From Nitrososphaeria archaeon (lineage in GTDB: Archaea; Thermoproteota; Nitrososphaeria; JACIWG01), in assembly GCA_963760525.1 (NCBI GenBank), contig CAVXDT010000014.1:120203-184202 (forward strand): 64,000 nucleotides of DNA, read 5' to 3'. Position numbers and translations under genes: made by a program. Position 1 is the first letter of the stretch. The number at the start of each line of letters is the position of its first letter. This document shows positions 1-9,503 of this stretch, piece after piece. The notes below the pieces were generated by a model that did not search any database, was not told where the DNA came from, and saw only the letters and a program-made list of their open reading frames with translations.

Positions 1-1
1 A

Positions 2-133
2 AAGGCAGTTCTCTCTGCAATGAAACGAGACACTGCTACGGGAGACAGTTTTGACGTGAGTATAATTGACTCTAATGGATACCACGAACTTGATGAGAAA
101 GCGAAGGATGACTTGGTGAAAGGGATATGGTAG
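2..133 (+). CDS. psmB: Proteasome beta subunit, C-terminal end (partial, runs in from the window start)
   Basis: Frame 2 reads KAVLSAMKRDTATGDSFDVSIIDSNGYHEL..., matching the beta-subunit RD-x-x-(S/T)-G motif; psmB-aCPSF1 adjacency is conserved in archaea. Confidence 0.85.
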   Translation, partial: KAVLSAMKRDTATGDSFDVSIIDSNGYHELDEKAKDDLVKGIW

Positions 134-141
134 ACTAGAAA

Positions 142-2058
142 TTGCAGCATAAAAATAGTTCTGAAAAGTCTTCAGGGTCAATTTTCTTACAAAGCATTCC
201 TAAAGAAGCAGAAATAACAAAAATAGAATATGAGGGTCCCAGATTCGCGATACATACGAAGAACCCTAAATTCTTTGTGGAAAACAACTACATGATCTCT
301 GAAATTGTATCAAATCTTAAAAAGAGAGTTGTAATACGTGCTGATAAGTCAATAAGAAAAGATGAAGAAGAAGCAAGAAAAATCATTCTTCAAAAAGTAC
401 AACAAGAATGTGGAGTGGAAAGGTTTGTTTTCGATAAAGTACTTGGAGAAGTTTATATCGAATTAAGAAATCTTCACAAAATCTATTCTACGATCGCAGA
501 ACTTAATCAGAACATTTTTTCTGAGACGGGGTGGAGACCAAAGTTCAGAAAAACATCGATGTTAAAATCTGAAGGTCTTGAGCAGGTATATCGTGTACTT
601 CAAACAGACTCGAATGATCGAGAGAGAATCTTAAAAGATGTAGGTGAGTATATATTTAGACCCAAACTCACAGACAGGATAGAAGTTGCGGTCTGCTTCC
701 TTGGTGGTTTCCAAGAGGTAGGGCGATCATGTACATATGTAAAAACTAATGAGAGTAACATTTTGGTAGATTGTGGTATAAATCCTGGCGCGAAGAATTC
801 ATTAGACGCATACCCGAGACTGGACATGTATTTACAAAACTTAGAAGATCTTGATGCGGTCATAATTAGTCATGCGCACCTAGACCATTGTGGTTTCCTT
901 CCAGTCCTCTTTAAGCATGGTTACGACGGTCCAGTATACTGCTCAGAACCGACCCTAAATTTGATGGCGCTCCTTCTGGCTGATTGCATAAAAATATCTT
1001 CATCAGAAAATGCAATATCTCTTTTCGACATAAAAGACTTGAGGGATACAATACAACATTGTATTCCTTTACCCTATGGATCAGTTACAGACATATCCCC
1101 TGATACAAAGCTGATTCTTAACAACGCAGGCCATATACTGGGGTCTTCCTCGGTTCATCTCCATTTTGGAGAGGGAACATATAACCTAGTTTATACGGGT
1201 GATTTCAAATTTGAGAAGACACAACTACTTGATGCTGCCCAGTATAGCTTTCCACGGGTAGAAACTCTGATGATTGAAAGCACGTATGGTGCGAAGGAAG
1301 ACATAATGCCCTCAAGGCAGGAAGTAGAAAGATATTTTGTAGATTCGATAAATAAAACACTATCTAAAGGTGGGAAGGTCCTCATTCCGGTTCCAGCTGT
1401 TGGTCGTGCACAAGAGATTATGTTAGTCTTAGACTCATCTCTGAAATCTAAAGTAATGATAGAGAGTCCAGTGTTTATTGAAGGAATGATTACAGATGCT
1501 ACAGAGATTCATGTTGCTTTTCTAGATTATCTTTCCTCTGAAATAAGATCTTCAATAGTTGACAGAGGAATTAATCCATTTGAATCAGAATACTTCACGA
1601 CGATAAGCAAACCAGATGGAAGAGAAGAAGCCCTCCAACAGGGTCCTGCGATAATTATGGCAACGTCAGGTATGCTTGAAGGTGGTCCGTCAGTAAGATA
1701 TTTCGAGGAGCTTGCTGAAAATGAACTCAATAAAGTGCTCTTTGTCTCTTATCAGATAGGAGGGACTATGGGCAGAAGAGTCCTTGATGGAGCGAAGCAG
1801 ATAAGTGTGATCGATGACGACGGTAAAATAAAGATAATAGATATTAAATGCGAAGTAGATAAAGTGGTTGGATTTAGCGGGCACAGTGATTATAATCAGA
1901 TTATGCGATTCATTTCAAAGCTTAGACCCAAGCTGAAGAATATTATAGTAGAACATGGCGAAAAAGCAAAGACCATAAACGTATCAGCAAGCGCCAGTAG
2001 ACTTTTTCACATATCCTCGGTGGCACCTACCGTTTTAGAAGCAATTAGCCTTGTTTAA
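142..2058 (+). CDS. fttA: KH-domain beta-CASP ribonuclease aCPSF1/FttA (transcription termination factor)
   Basis: N-terminal KH domains (YEGP, KKRVVIR), HAHLDH metallo-beta-lactamase motif, AGHILGS, FSGHSD. Confidence 0.95.
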   Translation: MQHKNSSEKSSGSIFLQSIPKEAEITKIEYEGPRFAIHTKNPKFFVENNYMISEIVSNLKKRVVIRADKSIRKDEEEARKIILQKVQQECGVERFVFDKVLGEVYIELRNLHKIYSTIAELNQNIFSETGWRPKFRKTSMLKSEGLEQVYRVLQTDSNDRERILKDVGEYIFRPKLTDRIEVAVCFLGGFQEVGRSCTYVKTNESNILVDCGINPGAKNSLDAYPRLDMYLQNLEDLDAVIISHAHLDHCGFLPVLFKHGYDGPVYCSEPTLNLMALLLADCIKISSSENAISLFDIKDLRDTIQHCIPLPYGSVTDISPDTKLILNNAGHILGSSSVHLHFGEGTYNLVYTGDFKFEKTQLLDAAQYSFPRVETLMIESTYGAKEDIMPSRQEVERYFVDSINKTLSKGGKVLIPVPAVGRAQEIMLVLDSSLKSKVMIESPVFIEGMITDATEIHVAFLDYLSSEIRSSIVDRGINPFESEYFTTISKPDGREEALQQGPAIIMATSGMLEGGPSVRYFEELAENELNKVLFVSYQIGGTMGRRVLDGAKQISVIDDDGKIKIIDIKCEVDKVVGFSGHSDYNQIMRFISKLRPKLKNIIVEHGEKAKTINVSASASRLFHISSVAPTVLEAISLV

Positions 2059-2342
2059 CCTCTCCATATACTTACAGAAGATGGAGTAATTATTATTCTG
2101 TCTTCTCCTAATCTTGCGATGTCACCACCATGAGTTGTCGCAATTTCAAAGAGCTTACTTACAGCTTCCCGAAGTTCCTCTAAGTTCCTTTGAGCAAGAG
2201 GTGTTATCCTCAGGATAACTATAGTATTGTTCTCGATGTCTTCCTTTACTTTTTCAATCTCATCTATAGATCGAAAAGGATATGCCTTTAACACCATTTT
2301 GGCACTTTCGCTACGATTCTTATTTATCAGTTCACTGGACAA
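2055..2342 (-). CDS. sepF: Archaeal SepF-like (DUF552) protein
   Basis: IVILRITPL...GGDIARLGEDRIIITPSSV is the SepF core. Confidence 0.8.
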   Translation of the reverse strand: MSSELINKNRSESAKMVLKAYPFRSIDEIEKVKEDIENNTIVILRITPLAQRNLEELREAVSKLFEIATTHGGDIARLGEDRIIITPSSVSIWRG

Positions 2343-2460
2343 TGTACTAACGCTTAGATGTATAACTTTAGAGTCCTTGTTCTTAAATGTTAGTTTAAGT
2401 TAATCATTTTGATAAAAAAATTTGAGAAAAGCATAGATAGAATAAAGCTATTATTTTAGT

Positions 2461-3024
2461 ATGCAAAATCGTTTGCTGATGGAAAGCAATGTGGATAATT
2501 TTCTAGTGGTATTCTGTGGACCATCTGGTGTCGGGAAAACAACTGTGGCTAAGTTGCTCTCTAAGGAACTGGCAAGGACTCATCCAACTATACATGTTCA
2601 AACAGACACAATAAGGAGAATGATTGTAATCCCTTCCCATGATAAGAAAGAAAGCCGATTTGTATATTCTGTTCTTTACGAGATAACAAGAAAGTTACTT
2701 CCATTTGGTTATGATGTTATTCTAGATGGCACTTTCCTAAGAAATAGTTTTAGAGAGACCGCTATCAGAATTGCGGAATTCTATCGAAGGAACTACATTG
2801 TAGTGGCTTTAAATGCTGATTTGACTACTCTTATTGAAAGGAATAAAACGCGTTCTATAGAAGACTTTGTTCCAGAAACTACGATTGCCAAGTTTTGGGT
2901 GAAATTTCAATATCCAGTCAATGGGATTATTATTAACATGGACCTCCAATCACCGGAAGGTTGTGTAAATATTATCCTTGAGAGAATGTCGGATATAATA
3001 ATAAAGAAGCATAAACTAGCCTAA
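2461..3024 (+). CDS. P-loop nucleotide/gluconate-kinase-like protein (AAA_33 type)
   Basis: GPSGVGKT Walker A, TDTIRR, VILDGTF. Confidence 0.75.
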   Translation: MQNRLLMESNVDNFLVVFCGPSGVGKTTVAKLLSKELARTHPTIHVQTDTIRRMIVIPSHDKKESRFVYSVLYEITRKLLPFGYDVILDGTFLRNSFRETAIRIAEFYRRNYIVVALNADLTTLIERNKTRSIEDFVPETTIAKFWVKFQYPVNGIIINMDLQSPEGCVNIILERMSDIIIKKHKLA

Positions 3025-3507
3025 GTTATAATCCTTTAGAGCCTTCCAATGTTTATCTCCTATATAATGTAAGTTTTCTAATGTAGCTCCTTTTTCGCTT
3101 TTTTCTGCCTCACTTTTTTCAATCAGCGCTTTACCTACAGTAATGAATTTATTATGAACGGAATCCTTCACCAATACTATATCATCTTTTTTGAAGTCTT
3201 TCTCGAAACCGATTATTCCTGGTCTCATGATTTTTGCTCCATTGCATATATAGGGTATTGCTCCCTTGTCGACATTGACACTGGGGAACCTCTCTAAAAA
3301 ATCCTTTGTGCATGAAAGTGCAGGGAAGATGTTTTCACCTTCTCTTATGAAGATCAAATTTTCTAAGACAAAGAATCTAACCTCTTTTTCTAGTTCAATT
3401 ACTTTGTTCCCTTTGTCTTTTATTTCGCTTAAATCGGCCTTCAGTTTACTCTTTATTTCTTCCACCAACGATCTGGTTTCTTTCTTTGATATGTAAAATT
3501 CACGCAC
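3016..3507 (-). CDS. PUA-domain RNA-binding protein (pre-PUA/PUA, MCT-1-like)
   Basis: VDKGAIPYICNGAKIMRPGI and LHYIGD motifs. Confidence 0.9.
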   Translation of the reverse strand: MREFYISKKETRSLVEEIKSKLKADLSEIKDKGNKVIELEKEVRFFVLENLIFIREGENIFPALSCTKDFLERFPSVNVDKGAIPYICNGAKIMRPGIIGFEKDFKKDDIVLVKDSVHNKFITVGKALIEKSEAEKSEKGATLENLHYIGDKHWKALKDYNLG

Positions 3508-3601
3508 GCTTATGTTTTTCCTTAACTTCGTTCTTAAACTTTGTCAAAAAAGTAAGGTAAATAAATAGGCTCTTTGGAGTTAGTATCACTAGGCGATTAA
3601 C

Positions 3602-3829
3602 TTGTCCATTGATCTAGCCGTAAAGATGTTAGAAAAGAGCTTAAGCAAGATTGTGCTGATTAAGTTAAAGGGCGGACGTGCCATTCGTGGTGTGCTGAAA
3701 GGTTACGATCAGCATATGAATTTTCTCCTTGAGCAATCTGAAGAAATTATGGATGATGGTAAGACTCTACCACTGGGTACAATTGTTGTGAGAGGAGATA
3801 ACGTTATATTGATTTCTCCGTCCCCATAG
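3602..3829 (+). CDS. Sm-like archaeal protein (SmAP/LSm)
   Basis: [11 protein letters not shown] and IVVRGDNV Sm motifs; upstream of L37e. Confidence 0.95.
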   Translation: MSIDLAVKMLEKSLSKIVLIKLKGGRAIRGVLKGYDQHMNFLLEQSEEIMDDGKTLPLGTIVVRGDNVILISPSP

Positions 3830-3839
3830 GTGAAATATA

Positions 3840-4010
3840 ATGAAAGGTACAACTTCATTTGGGCCGAAAGGGAAACATCCGAGGGTGCACACTATATGCA
3901 GGAGATGTGGCAGTCCTTCATTCCACGCAAGAAAGAAAAGATGCTCATATTGTGGTTTCGGAGCATCGAAGAAGCTTAGAGAGAGAAGAATTAAAGCAAG
4001 TTACATATAA
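3840..4010 (+). CDS. rpl37e: 50S ribosomal protein L37e (absent from the ORF track)
   Basis: Manual translation MKGTTSFGPKGKHPRVHTICRRCGSPSFHARKKRCSYCGFGASKKLR...; GGTGA SD upstream. Confidence 0.95.
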   Translation: MKGTTSFGPKGKHPRVHTICRRCGSPSFHARKKRCSYCGFGASKKLRERRIKASYI

Positions 4011-4049
4011 CAATACATTTATTATATATGAAGTGTGGAATGCCAAAGG

Positions 4050-4697
4050 ATGTCAACTAGTGATATACTTGTGGGCATAGCATTTGGTCTGTCCGCAGGT
4101 TCTATTTTCGGGTTTTATTGGTCAAAGTATAGGATAAAATCCTCTGCAAAAAACGCCGTCCCAGTAGAGCTTAAGAGTAAACCGCCCACTATTCAATCAG
4201 AACAGGCTAGGAATTCCAAACAGGAGGTAAAGATGTTATTGTTGGAGAAGGATTTCCTAAGCAGTGCCATAACTCGAGTATTCGAATTAGAAGCTCAAGG
4301 ACAGATTACAAAAGATGAACGGGACGCTATAGTTAAGAAGTATAAAGACCGTTTAATGGAAGTTGACAAGAAGCTTGATAGTATGGAGTTAATCATAGAA
4401 GTTAGTGAGCTAGAAAATCTCAGAAACGAGCTAGTCTTCCTCCTCACAAGAAAGATCGAAGATGTCGATAGAAAGCTTGAGAAAGCGTTAGCTCGTTTAG
4501 ACATACAAAAGTTGAAAGCTCCAAGTTTGCAAGGTGAAGAGAAAATTCCAACCCTTTCTCAGCCAAATCCTCAAAAGATTGGGAAGAAATCACCACGACC
4601 ATTGGAATCCTCAATAGATAGGGAGCTTAAGCAATATAGAGAAGAAATAATGAAAGCTTTAGAAAAGTTGGAGCAAATAGACTTAGAAGAGGCATGA
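4050..4697 (+). CDS. Hypothetical protein with N-terminal TM anchor and coiled-coil
   Basis: Hydrophobic ILVGIAFGLSAGSIFGFYW followed by long E/K/L-rich helices; ATG at 4050 preferred as start. Confidence 0.65.
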   Translation: MSTSDILVGIAFGLSAGSIFGFYWSKYRIKSSAKNAVPVELKSKPPTIQSEQARNSKQEVKMLLLEKDFLSSAITRVFELEAQGQITKDERDAIVKKYKDRLMEVDKKLDSMELIIEVSELENLRNELVFLLTRKIEDVDRKLEKALARLDIQKLKAPSLQGEEKIPTLSQPNPQKIGKKSPRPLESSIDRELKQYREEIMKALEKLEQIDLEEA

Positions 4698-4701
4698 TAA
4701 A

Positions 4702-5376
4702 TTGAGTTCTCCAATTATGCACAAGATTGCAGAAGACCTGATTGGGGAAATAAATTCATCTTCATATGTGGGGGTTGGTAGTGGGAGGACAATATCAGAT
4801 CTAATAGAGGAATTATCAACACTTGAAGTGAATCGAAGCATATGGTTTGTTCCATCATCATCCCAAATTATGTTGAAAATGGAGGAAAAGGAATTCGCAA
4901 CCAAAATGTTTCCAGACCAAGATTCGATCCAATTGTACATTGACAGCTTGGATCAGATAGAAGAGGGAAGTTATCACATTATAAAAGGTGGTGGTGGTGC
5001 CCTGCTAAGAGAAAAAATTCTTATGTACAGTTCAGAGAAAGTTGTCATACTTGCACAGGAAAAAAAGTTCGCAGAAAGACTTGGCATCAGCTGTCCAGTT
5101 CCTGTAGAAGTATCGCCTTTCGCAAGATGGCCTGTTATAAAGTATCTGGAGCGTTTAGGCGGAAATCCAGCGATTAGAAAGGATAGCCGTGGCTTCCCAG
5201 TTTTCACAGAAAATGGCAATTTGGTCTTAGACGTCTATTTCGATAACATTGCTGATGCAAAAAGTCTAGAAATAGAAGTAAAAGCTCAGCCAGGAGTAAT
5301 TGAAGTAGGCTTGTTTACAAAAAAACCTTCTCTAATCTATAGGATCAGAACTGACTCCTTCGAAAAGCTCGTCTGA
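4702..5376 (+). CDS. rpiA: Ribose-5-phosphate isomerase A
   Basis: GVGSGRT, IKGGGGALLREK, TENGN, PGVIEVGLF. Confidence 0.95.
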   Translation: MSSPIMHKIAEDLIGEINSSSYVGVGSGRTISDLIEELSTLEVNRSIWFVPSSSQIMLKMEEKEFATKMFPDQDSIQLYIDSLDQIEEGSYHIIKGGGGALLREKILMYSSEKVVILAQEKKFAERLGISCPVPVEVSPFARWPVIKYLERLGGNPAIRKDSRGFPVFTENGNLVLDVYFDNIADAKSLEIEVKAQPGVIEVGLFTKKPSLIYRIRTDSFEKLV

Positions 5377-5380
5377 AAAT

Positions 5381-5436
5381 CATATAATAGAAGCCTAAGC
5401 TGACTTCACATATAATAGAAGCCTAAGCTGACTTCA
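5381..5436. repeat. Perfect 28-bp tandem duplication
   Basis: catataatagaagcctaagctgacttca at 5381-5408 and 5409-5436. Confidence 0.9.
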
Positions 5437-5585
5437 ATTTACACTTTGCCTTTAGGTAGACAGGGCTGGACTTGAACCGAGAGAGAAGACAAAGCTTATT
5501 TACTCAGCGAGCTCAAAACAATAAATTGTAAAGACAAAAAATAACTTACTACGCTGAATTCAGGAATCAATATTGTGCATAGTAG

Positions 5586-5660
5586 TGGACCGAGCGGGAT
5601 TTGAACCCGCGGTCTCTCGCGTGCGAGGCGAGCGTAACTACCGAACTGTACCATCGGCCC
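5586..5660 (-). tRNA. tRNA-Ala(CGC)
   Basis: Cloverleaf GGGCCGA...TCGGTCCA, G3:U70 Ala determinant, anticodon arm ctcgc-ctCGCac-gcgag, GGTTCAAATCC T-arm. Confidence 0.95.
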
Positions 5661-5670
5661 ATGTTTTCTC

Positions 5671-5737
5671 GGCATACGGCAATATCTTCTTCATTCCCAC
5701 CCAAGGTCAGTTCGCCCGTCAACTAAAGCCGCATGCC
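5671..5737 (-). ncRNA. Candidate box C/D-type guide RNA (16S C1402 register) upstream of tRNA-Ala
   Basis: 10-bp terminal stem (5728-5737/5671-5680), guide UUGACGGGCG, CUGA at 5707-5710, AUGAAGA at 5688-5694. Confidence 0.5.
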
Positions 5738-6028
5738 TTTAAGCCACCCCCATAAACAACCAATACATAAATTAAGTTTTATTGAAAGATGAAGAAATTT
5801 AACTTGGACGCAGTTGTATTGCATCCTGTGAGTTTGGTAACGATAAGAAATTGCGTGTAATTCCATTTATTTCGGATCAACATGATTGATTGAAAGAAAC
5901 GCCAGATATCTCTGGAAATAAGTAAGGTAATCACAGTTAGAAAACAGGAAGAACAGTTGGTCGATAGTTCTTATCCTCTGGGCTCACGCGAAAATTACCA
6001 ATTTACAAAACCTATTTAAAGTTTATGT

Positions 6029-7354
6029 TTGCTATTAGTGAATAGAATGATAGGAAATCAACGCGAGTATATGTTTGTGGTAAGGAAAAACCCCGAACTT
6101 TCTGTTAATGAAATTATTTCTTATCTAAAAGCAAGGGGTATAGACCACTATCTTAGAAATTATACAAATGAATATTTTATTTTTGACACTGTTAACCTTG
6201 ATCCCAAAAAAATGAGTGATCAAATTGGTGAAACATTAAAAATAGGTAGAATATTGGGTAAAGTAGAAACTGATTGTTTAAAAAAAGCATTTGGCCTGCA
6301 GAAAAAAAGAATGAATATGAAAATAATTGAAGAAATCCTTGAATCTTCTTTAAAACTCCCTCAAGAAGTTGTCAATCATGCTTCCGAAGCAAATTTGATT
6401 GGTGTTAGTGTTTATCCTAGAAATGTAGCCGATATTAAATTTATTGATTTCAACGAATTAGGAGAAGTTGTTGGAGAAGTCGTAGCCAATAGGCTAAAAG
6501 AGGATGCTGGACTGAAAAGAGAACCTAGTATTGTGACTGCAAAAAATTTCAAATATAAAGAAAGTGCTGATATAAGACCAACTGAAGCTAGAAAGGAAAA
6601 ATTCCACAATCAAAATTTAGAATTACTAATTGGCTTAGAGAATCGTTTTTCTTATATTGCAGCCACTCTTGGAATATGCGATCAAGAAGCGTTTAATAAA
6701 CGCGGTATCTATAGACCAAACAGACCTGAAGGTTGGATATATGGAATGGCTCCTAATTATGCGAAAGCTTTGGTTAATCTTTCTGAGGTGAAAAAAGGCG
6801 ATGTACTTTTAGATCCATTTTGTGGTGTTGGAACTATCTTGCAGGAAGCTGTATTGAATGGAATCAAGGTATTTGGGGTCGACATAAATAAAGAATGTGT
6901 AGATACATCAAGACAGAACTTAAAATACGTCTCGAAAGAATATGGTTTGGGATGGAATAATATAGATGAAAGAATAATTGTTGGGGATGCTAGAAAACTA
7001 GGTGAATATTTTAAGGAAGATTCGTTTGACGCAATTGTAACAGAACCTTATTTAGGGCCAGCTTTTAAGATGAGACCAGAACATAACGATGCTAAAAGGG
7101 TTATCAGCGAACTCAAATCACTCTTCAAAGAAACATTACCTGAGATGAACGAAATCATAAGACCAGGTAAAAGAGCGGTTATCATCAGCCCAAGTATTAA
7201 ATCTTCAACTGGTTCCTTGTCTTTAGATCTAAGAGAAATGGCAGAACAAAATAATTTCAAAATCTTAAAATCTATTCTTGATGAAAGGCCTCATCAGTTA
7301 GTTTCAAGAGAAATAAACATATTGTATAAACCTAACGATATAGTAAAATGCTAA
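6029..7354 (+). CDS. Trm11-like SAM-dependent RNA (guanine-N2) methyltransferase
   Basis: LLDPFCGVGTI SAM motif, GVDI, GDAR, IVTEPYLG; visibly AT-rich. Confidence 0.8.
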   Translation: MLLVNRMIGNQREYMFVVRKNPELSVNEIISYLKARGIDHYLRNYTNEYFIFDTVNLDPKKMSDQIGETLKIGRILGKVETDCLKKAFGLQKKRMNMKIIEEILESSLKLPQEVVNHASEANLIGVSVYPRNVADIKFIDFNELGEVVGEVVANRLKEDAGLKREPSIVTAKNFKYKESADIRPTEARKEKFHNQNLELLIGLENRFSYIAATLGICDQEAFNKRGIYRPNRPEGWIYGMAPNYAKALVNLSEVKKGDVLLDPFCGVGTILQEAVLNGIKVFGVDINKECVDTSRQNLKYVSKEYGLGWNNIDERIIVGDARKLGEYFKEDSFDAIVTEPYLGPAFKMRPEHNDAKRVISELKSLFKETLPEMNEIIRPGKRAVIISPSIKSSTGSLSLDLREMAEQNNFKILKSILDERPHQLVSREINILYKPNDIVKC

Positions 7355-7403
7355 AGGCCGATTATCTGTTTTTCAATTTAATTAAATTTGGCACGGAAAG
7401 AGG

Positions 7404-7477
7404 TGCCGAGGGCCGGGTTTGAACCGGCGACGGCCCGGTCTTCAGCCGGGTGCTCTCCCAGGCTGAGCTACCTCGGC
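7404..7477 (-). tRNA. tRNA-Phe(GAA)
   Basis: GCCGAGG...CCTCGGCA, anticodon arm cccgg-ctGAAga-ccggg. Confidence 0.95.
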
Positions 7478-7568
7478 GTTCCTGCGCAAGTTATGTTCAA
7501 GACCAACATGTTATAACTTTTATGGCTTAGAGAATTTCAGTTTTTCCCTTTCTAAAAATAGAACTAAA

Positions 7569-7643
7569 TGCGACCGCCGGGATTTGAACCCGGGTTACCA
7601 GCTTGGAGGGCTGATGTCCTAGACCAGGCTGGACGACGATCGC
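7569..7643 (-). tRNA. tRNA-Gly(TCC)
   Basis: GCGATCG...CGGTCGCA, anticodon loop ccTCCaa, GGTTCAAATCC. Confidence 0.95.
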
Positions 7644-7730
7644 ACATCCGTTTTTTTATCATCTAGGTTTTTATGCTTTGCCTTCTTTCCACAAATCGGG
7701 CTTCTGCATAATTTCAATTTATGTGTCAAG

Positions 7731-8411
7731 TCAGGCTAACACAATCTTTTCTGCTTCATAAAGGATTCTCGCGGTTACTACATGCGCGTCAAGGGAGTAT
7801 CTGCTTATGGAAAAGAGGTTGTCCATCAGTTTTCTTTTGTCAGGTCTAAAATGTCCTTTTGCAAAGCCTCCTACAATAAAGACTGGGTTTTCGAATCTAA
7901 GAGCATAGCTGGCAACTTTCTCATTGCTGGTCTCTTTACCAATACTGGAAAGGCCGATCACTGTTGATGGTCTTATTTTATTTAAGAGATCTTCCAAAGA
8001 ACCTTTTGACAGCGTTAAGAGCCTTTCTTTTTTATAACTAATGATTTTTTCTACATATAGTTTCTCCACAAGTCCAACAAACCTCTCATACACTCTGGGC
8101 AGTCTGACATTTTTTTCGACCTTTATGATCTTATCATCTAATGTATGTGCATAAACATCAAGTTGTCCTTTGAAGTACATTGGTGTTGAAGTTGCTTCAA
8201 GGAGACAAAAGTGGACTATGTCTGGTCTACCCCTTTTCTCATGGTTTGCTAACTTCAAAATAGCCTTATGGTGATAACTCTGATCTAACAGCACTTCTTC
8301 TGGATGCTTTCCCCTCTTTAGGCAAAACTGCCTGATCATCCTGTCATCCCTAATTTCCCTTGGTATAACCTCGATGGCGGATTCCTCAAGAACATATGTT
8401 ATTCTACTCAT
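7731..8411 (-). CDS. nep1: 16S rRNA pseudouridine-N1 methyltransferase Nep1/Emg1
   Basis: LDQSYH, RGRPDIVH, RLPRVYERF, VGGFAKG. Confidence 0.95.
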   Translation of the reverse strand: MSRITYVLEESAIEVIPREIRDDRMIRQFCLKRGKHPEEVLLDQSYHHKAILKLANHEKRGRPDIVHFCLLEATSTPMYFKGQLDVYAHTLDDKIIKVEKNVRLPRVYERFVGLVEKLYVEKIISYKKERLLTLSKGSLEDLLNKIRPSTVIGLSSIGKETSNEKVASYALRFENPVFIVGGFAKGHFRPDKRKLMDNLFSISRYSLDAHVVTARILYEAEKIVLA

Positions 8412-8479
8412 CCCGCAAATCAGCTGTTTCTTACACCATCTTTGGTTACATTTTTATTTAACATTATCGAATCCATAAT

Positions 8480-8788
8480 GTGGCTCGGAACAAGAGACTG
8501 CAAAAGAAGCTTGGGTTAGAGAGAATACAGATTTTGTTTGCTAACGCTACAGAATATGCTTCAAAAAATCAAGATATTAGTAGGCAGCAGTTGGAAGTGG
8601 CTAGACGCATCTTTCTAAAGTTCAACATACGCTTGCCATATCAATACAAGATCTTCTTCTGCAAAAAGTGTAAATCTATAATACTTCCTGGTATAGATTC
8701 TAAAATAAGAGTGGTCAGTCTTCCTAAGTTACATATTAAGATCACTTGCCTTAGATGTGGAAAGGCTTACAGAAAAATCATCGGTTAA
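8480..8788 (+). CDS. rnp4: RNase P protein Rpp21
   Basis: ERIQILF, FCKKC...ITCLRCG zinc ribbon. Confidence 0.9.
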   Translation: MARNKRLQKKLGLERIQILFANATEYASKNQDISRQQLEVARRIFLKFNIRLPYQYKIFFCKKCKSIILPGIDSKIRVVSLPKLHIKITCLRCGKAYRKIIG

Positions 8789-9054
8789 GGCAAGCTAACA
8801 ATAGTCTTTCCGTCTTCTCCTTTTTTGATCTTAACAGTAATTCTTTTCGGAGGATTCTTAATTCCCCTTGCCCAGATATATTCGTTAAGTTGAGTATCTA
8901 TTAAGAAATCTTCGTCTCTAACTATCTTGGCTACTTCCTCTCTTAAAACACTCATAGCTTTGTGTGTCTGCCTATATCGGCCTGTCTTCTGAGATTTCCA
9001 AAGTGGAATGACAACCGTTTTCTCTTCTAAATTCTTCTCGGGCATAGATCTCAT
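8785..9054 (-). CDS. rpl31e: 50S ribosomal protein L31e
   Basis: LNEYIWARGIKNPPKRI. Confidence 0.95.
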   Translation of the reverse strand: MRSMPEKNLEEKTVVIPLWKSQKTGRYRQTHKAMSVLREEVAKIVRDEDFLIDTQLNEYIWARGIKNPPKRITVKIKKGEDGKTIVSLP

Positions 9055-9057
9055 CTT

Positions 9058-9213
9058 CTAGAGCTTAAGTTTATTTCTTCTCCAATTTCTCCTCTGCGGG
9101 TTTGTTCTCACTTTCATTTTAGTTCTGAGTACAACCCATGTTGGAACTCCCTCAGAGATTTTACTTTCAACCATAAGTCTTCTTTTCTTTCCTCTGTCTT
9201 TTGCTGATCCCAT
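9058..9213 (-). CDS. rpl39e: 50S ribosomal protein L39e (absent from the ORF track)
   Basis: Manual translation MGSAKDRGKKRRL...VPTWVVLRTKMKVRTNPQRRNWRRNKLKL. Confidence 0.95.
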   Translation of the reverse strand: MGSAKDRGKKRRLMVESKISEGVPTWVVLRTKMKVRTNPQRRNWRRNKLKL

Positions 9214-9215
9214 CA

Positions 9216-9503
9216 TCACACTCTCCGTATCTTAAATTCCCGCTTCTCCTTTTGTGCCATGTTTATTAATATTTCTTTAACTTCGTCGTCTGTTATCTGT
9301 CTTCTAAGTTTGCCTGATGCTGCTAACTGGAAGATCTGATTTTCGACAAAATCAGCAACCTCAGGCTTGACCATTCTCAAATTTGCAATTCTCAGTCTCG
9401 CTTCAGGCGTTAGACACATTCTAAGAGTCTGTGCTTTAAGAGCCTTTTTGTCTTCCTCTTCTTTGGATGAACGTGTTGGTTCATAAGAACTCAATTGCTT
9501 CAC
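9216..9503 (-). CDS. PDCD5-like dsDNA-binding protein
   Basis: LTPEARLRIANLRMVKPE; conserved S19e-PDCD5-L39e-L31e order. Confidence 0.9.
   Translation of the reverse strand: MKQLSSYEPTRSSKEEEDKKALKAQTLRMCLTPEARLRIANLRMVKPEVADFVENQIFQLAASGKLRRQITDDEVKEILINMAQKEKREFKIRRV

Noticed and set aside
3859..4080. 73-aa ORF in the track
   Set aside because: Shadow frame of the real L37e gene at 3840-4010.
5381..5436. 28-bp repeat as a CRISPR array
   Set aside because: Only two copies, directly abutting, with no spacer and no cas genes.
5573..5755. 60-aa ORF, and likewise 35510-35722
   Set aside because: Antisense to tRNA genes; spurious.
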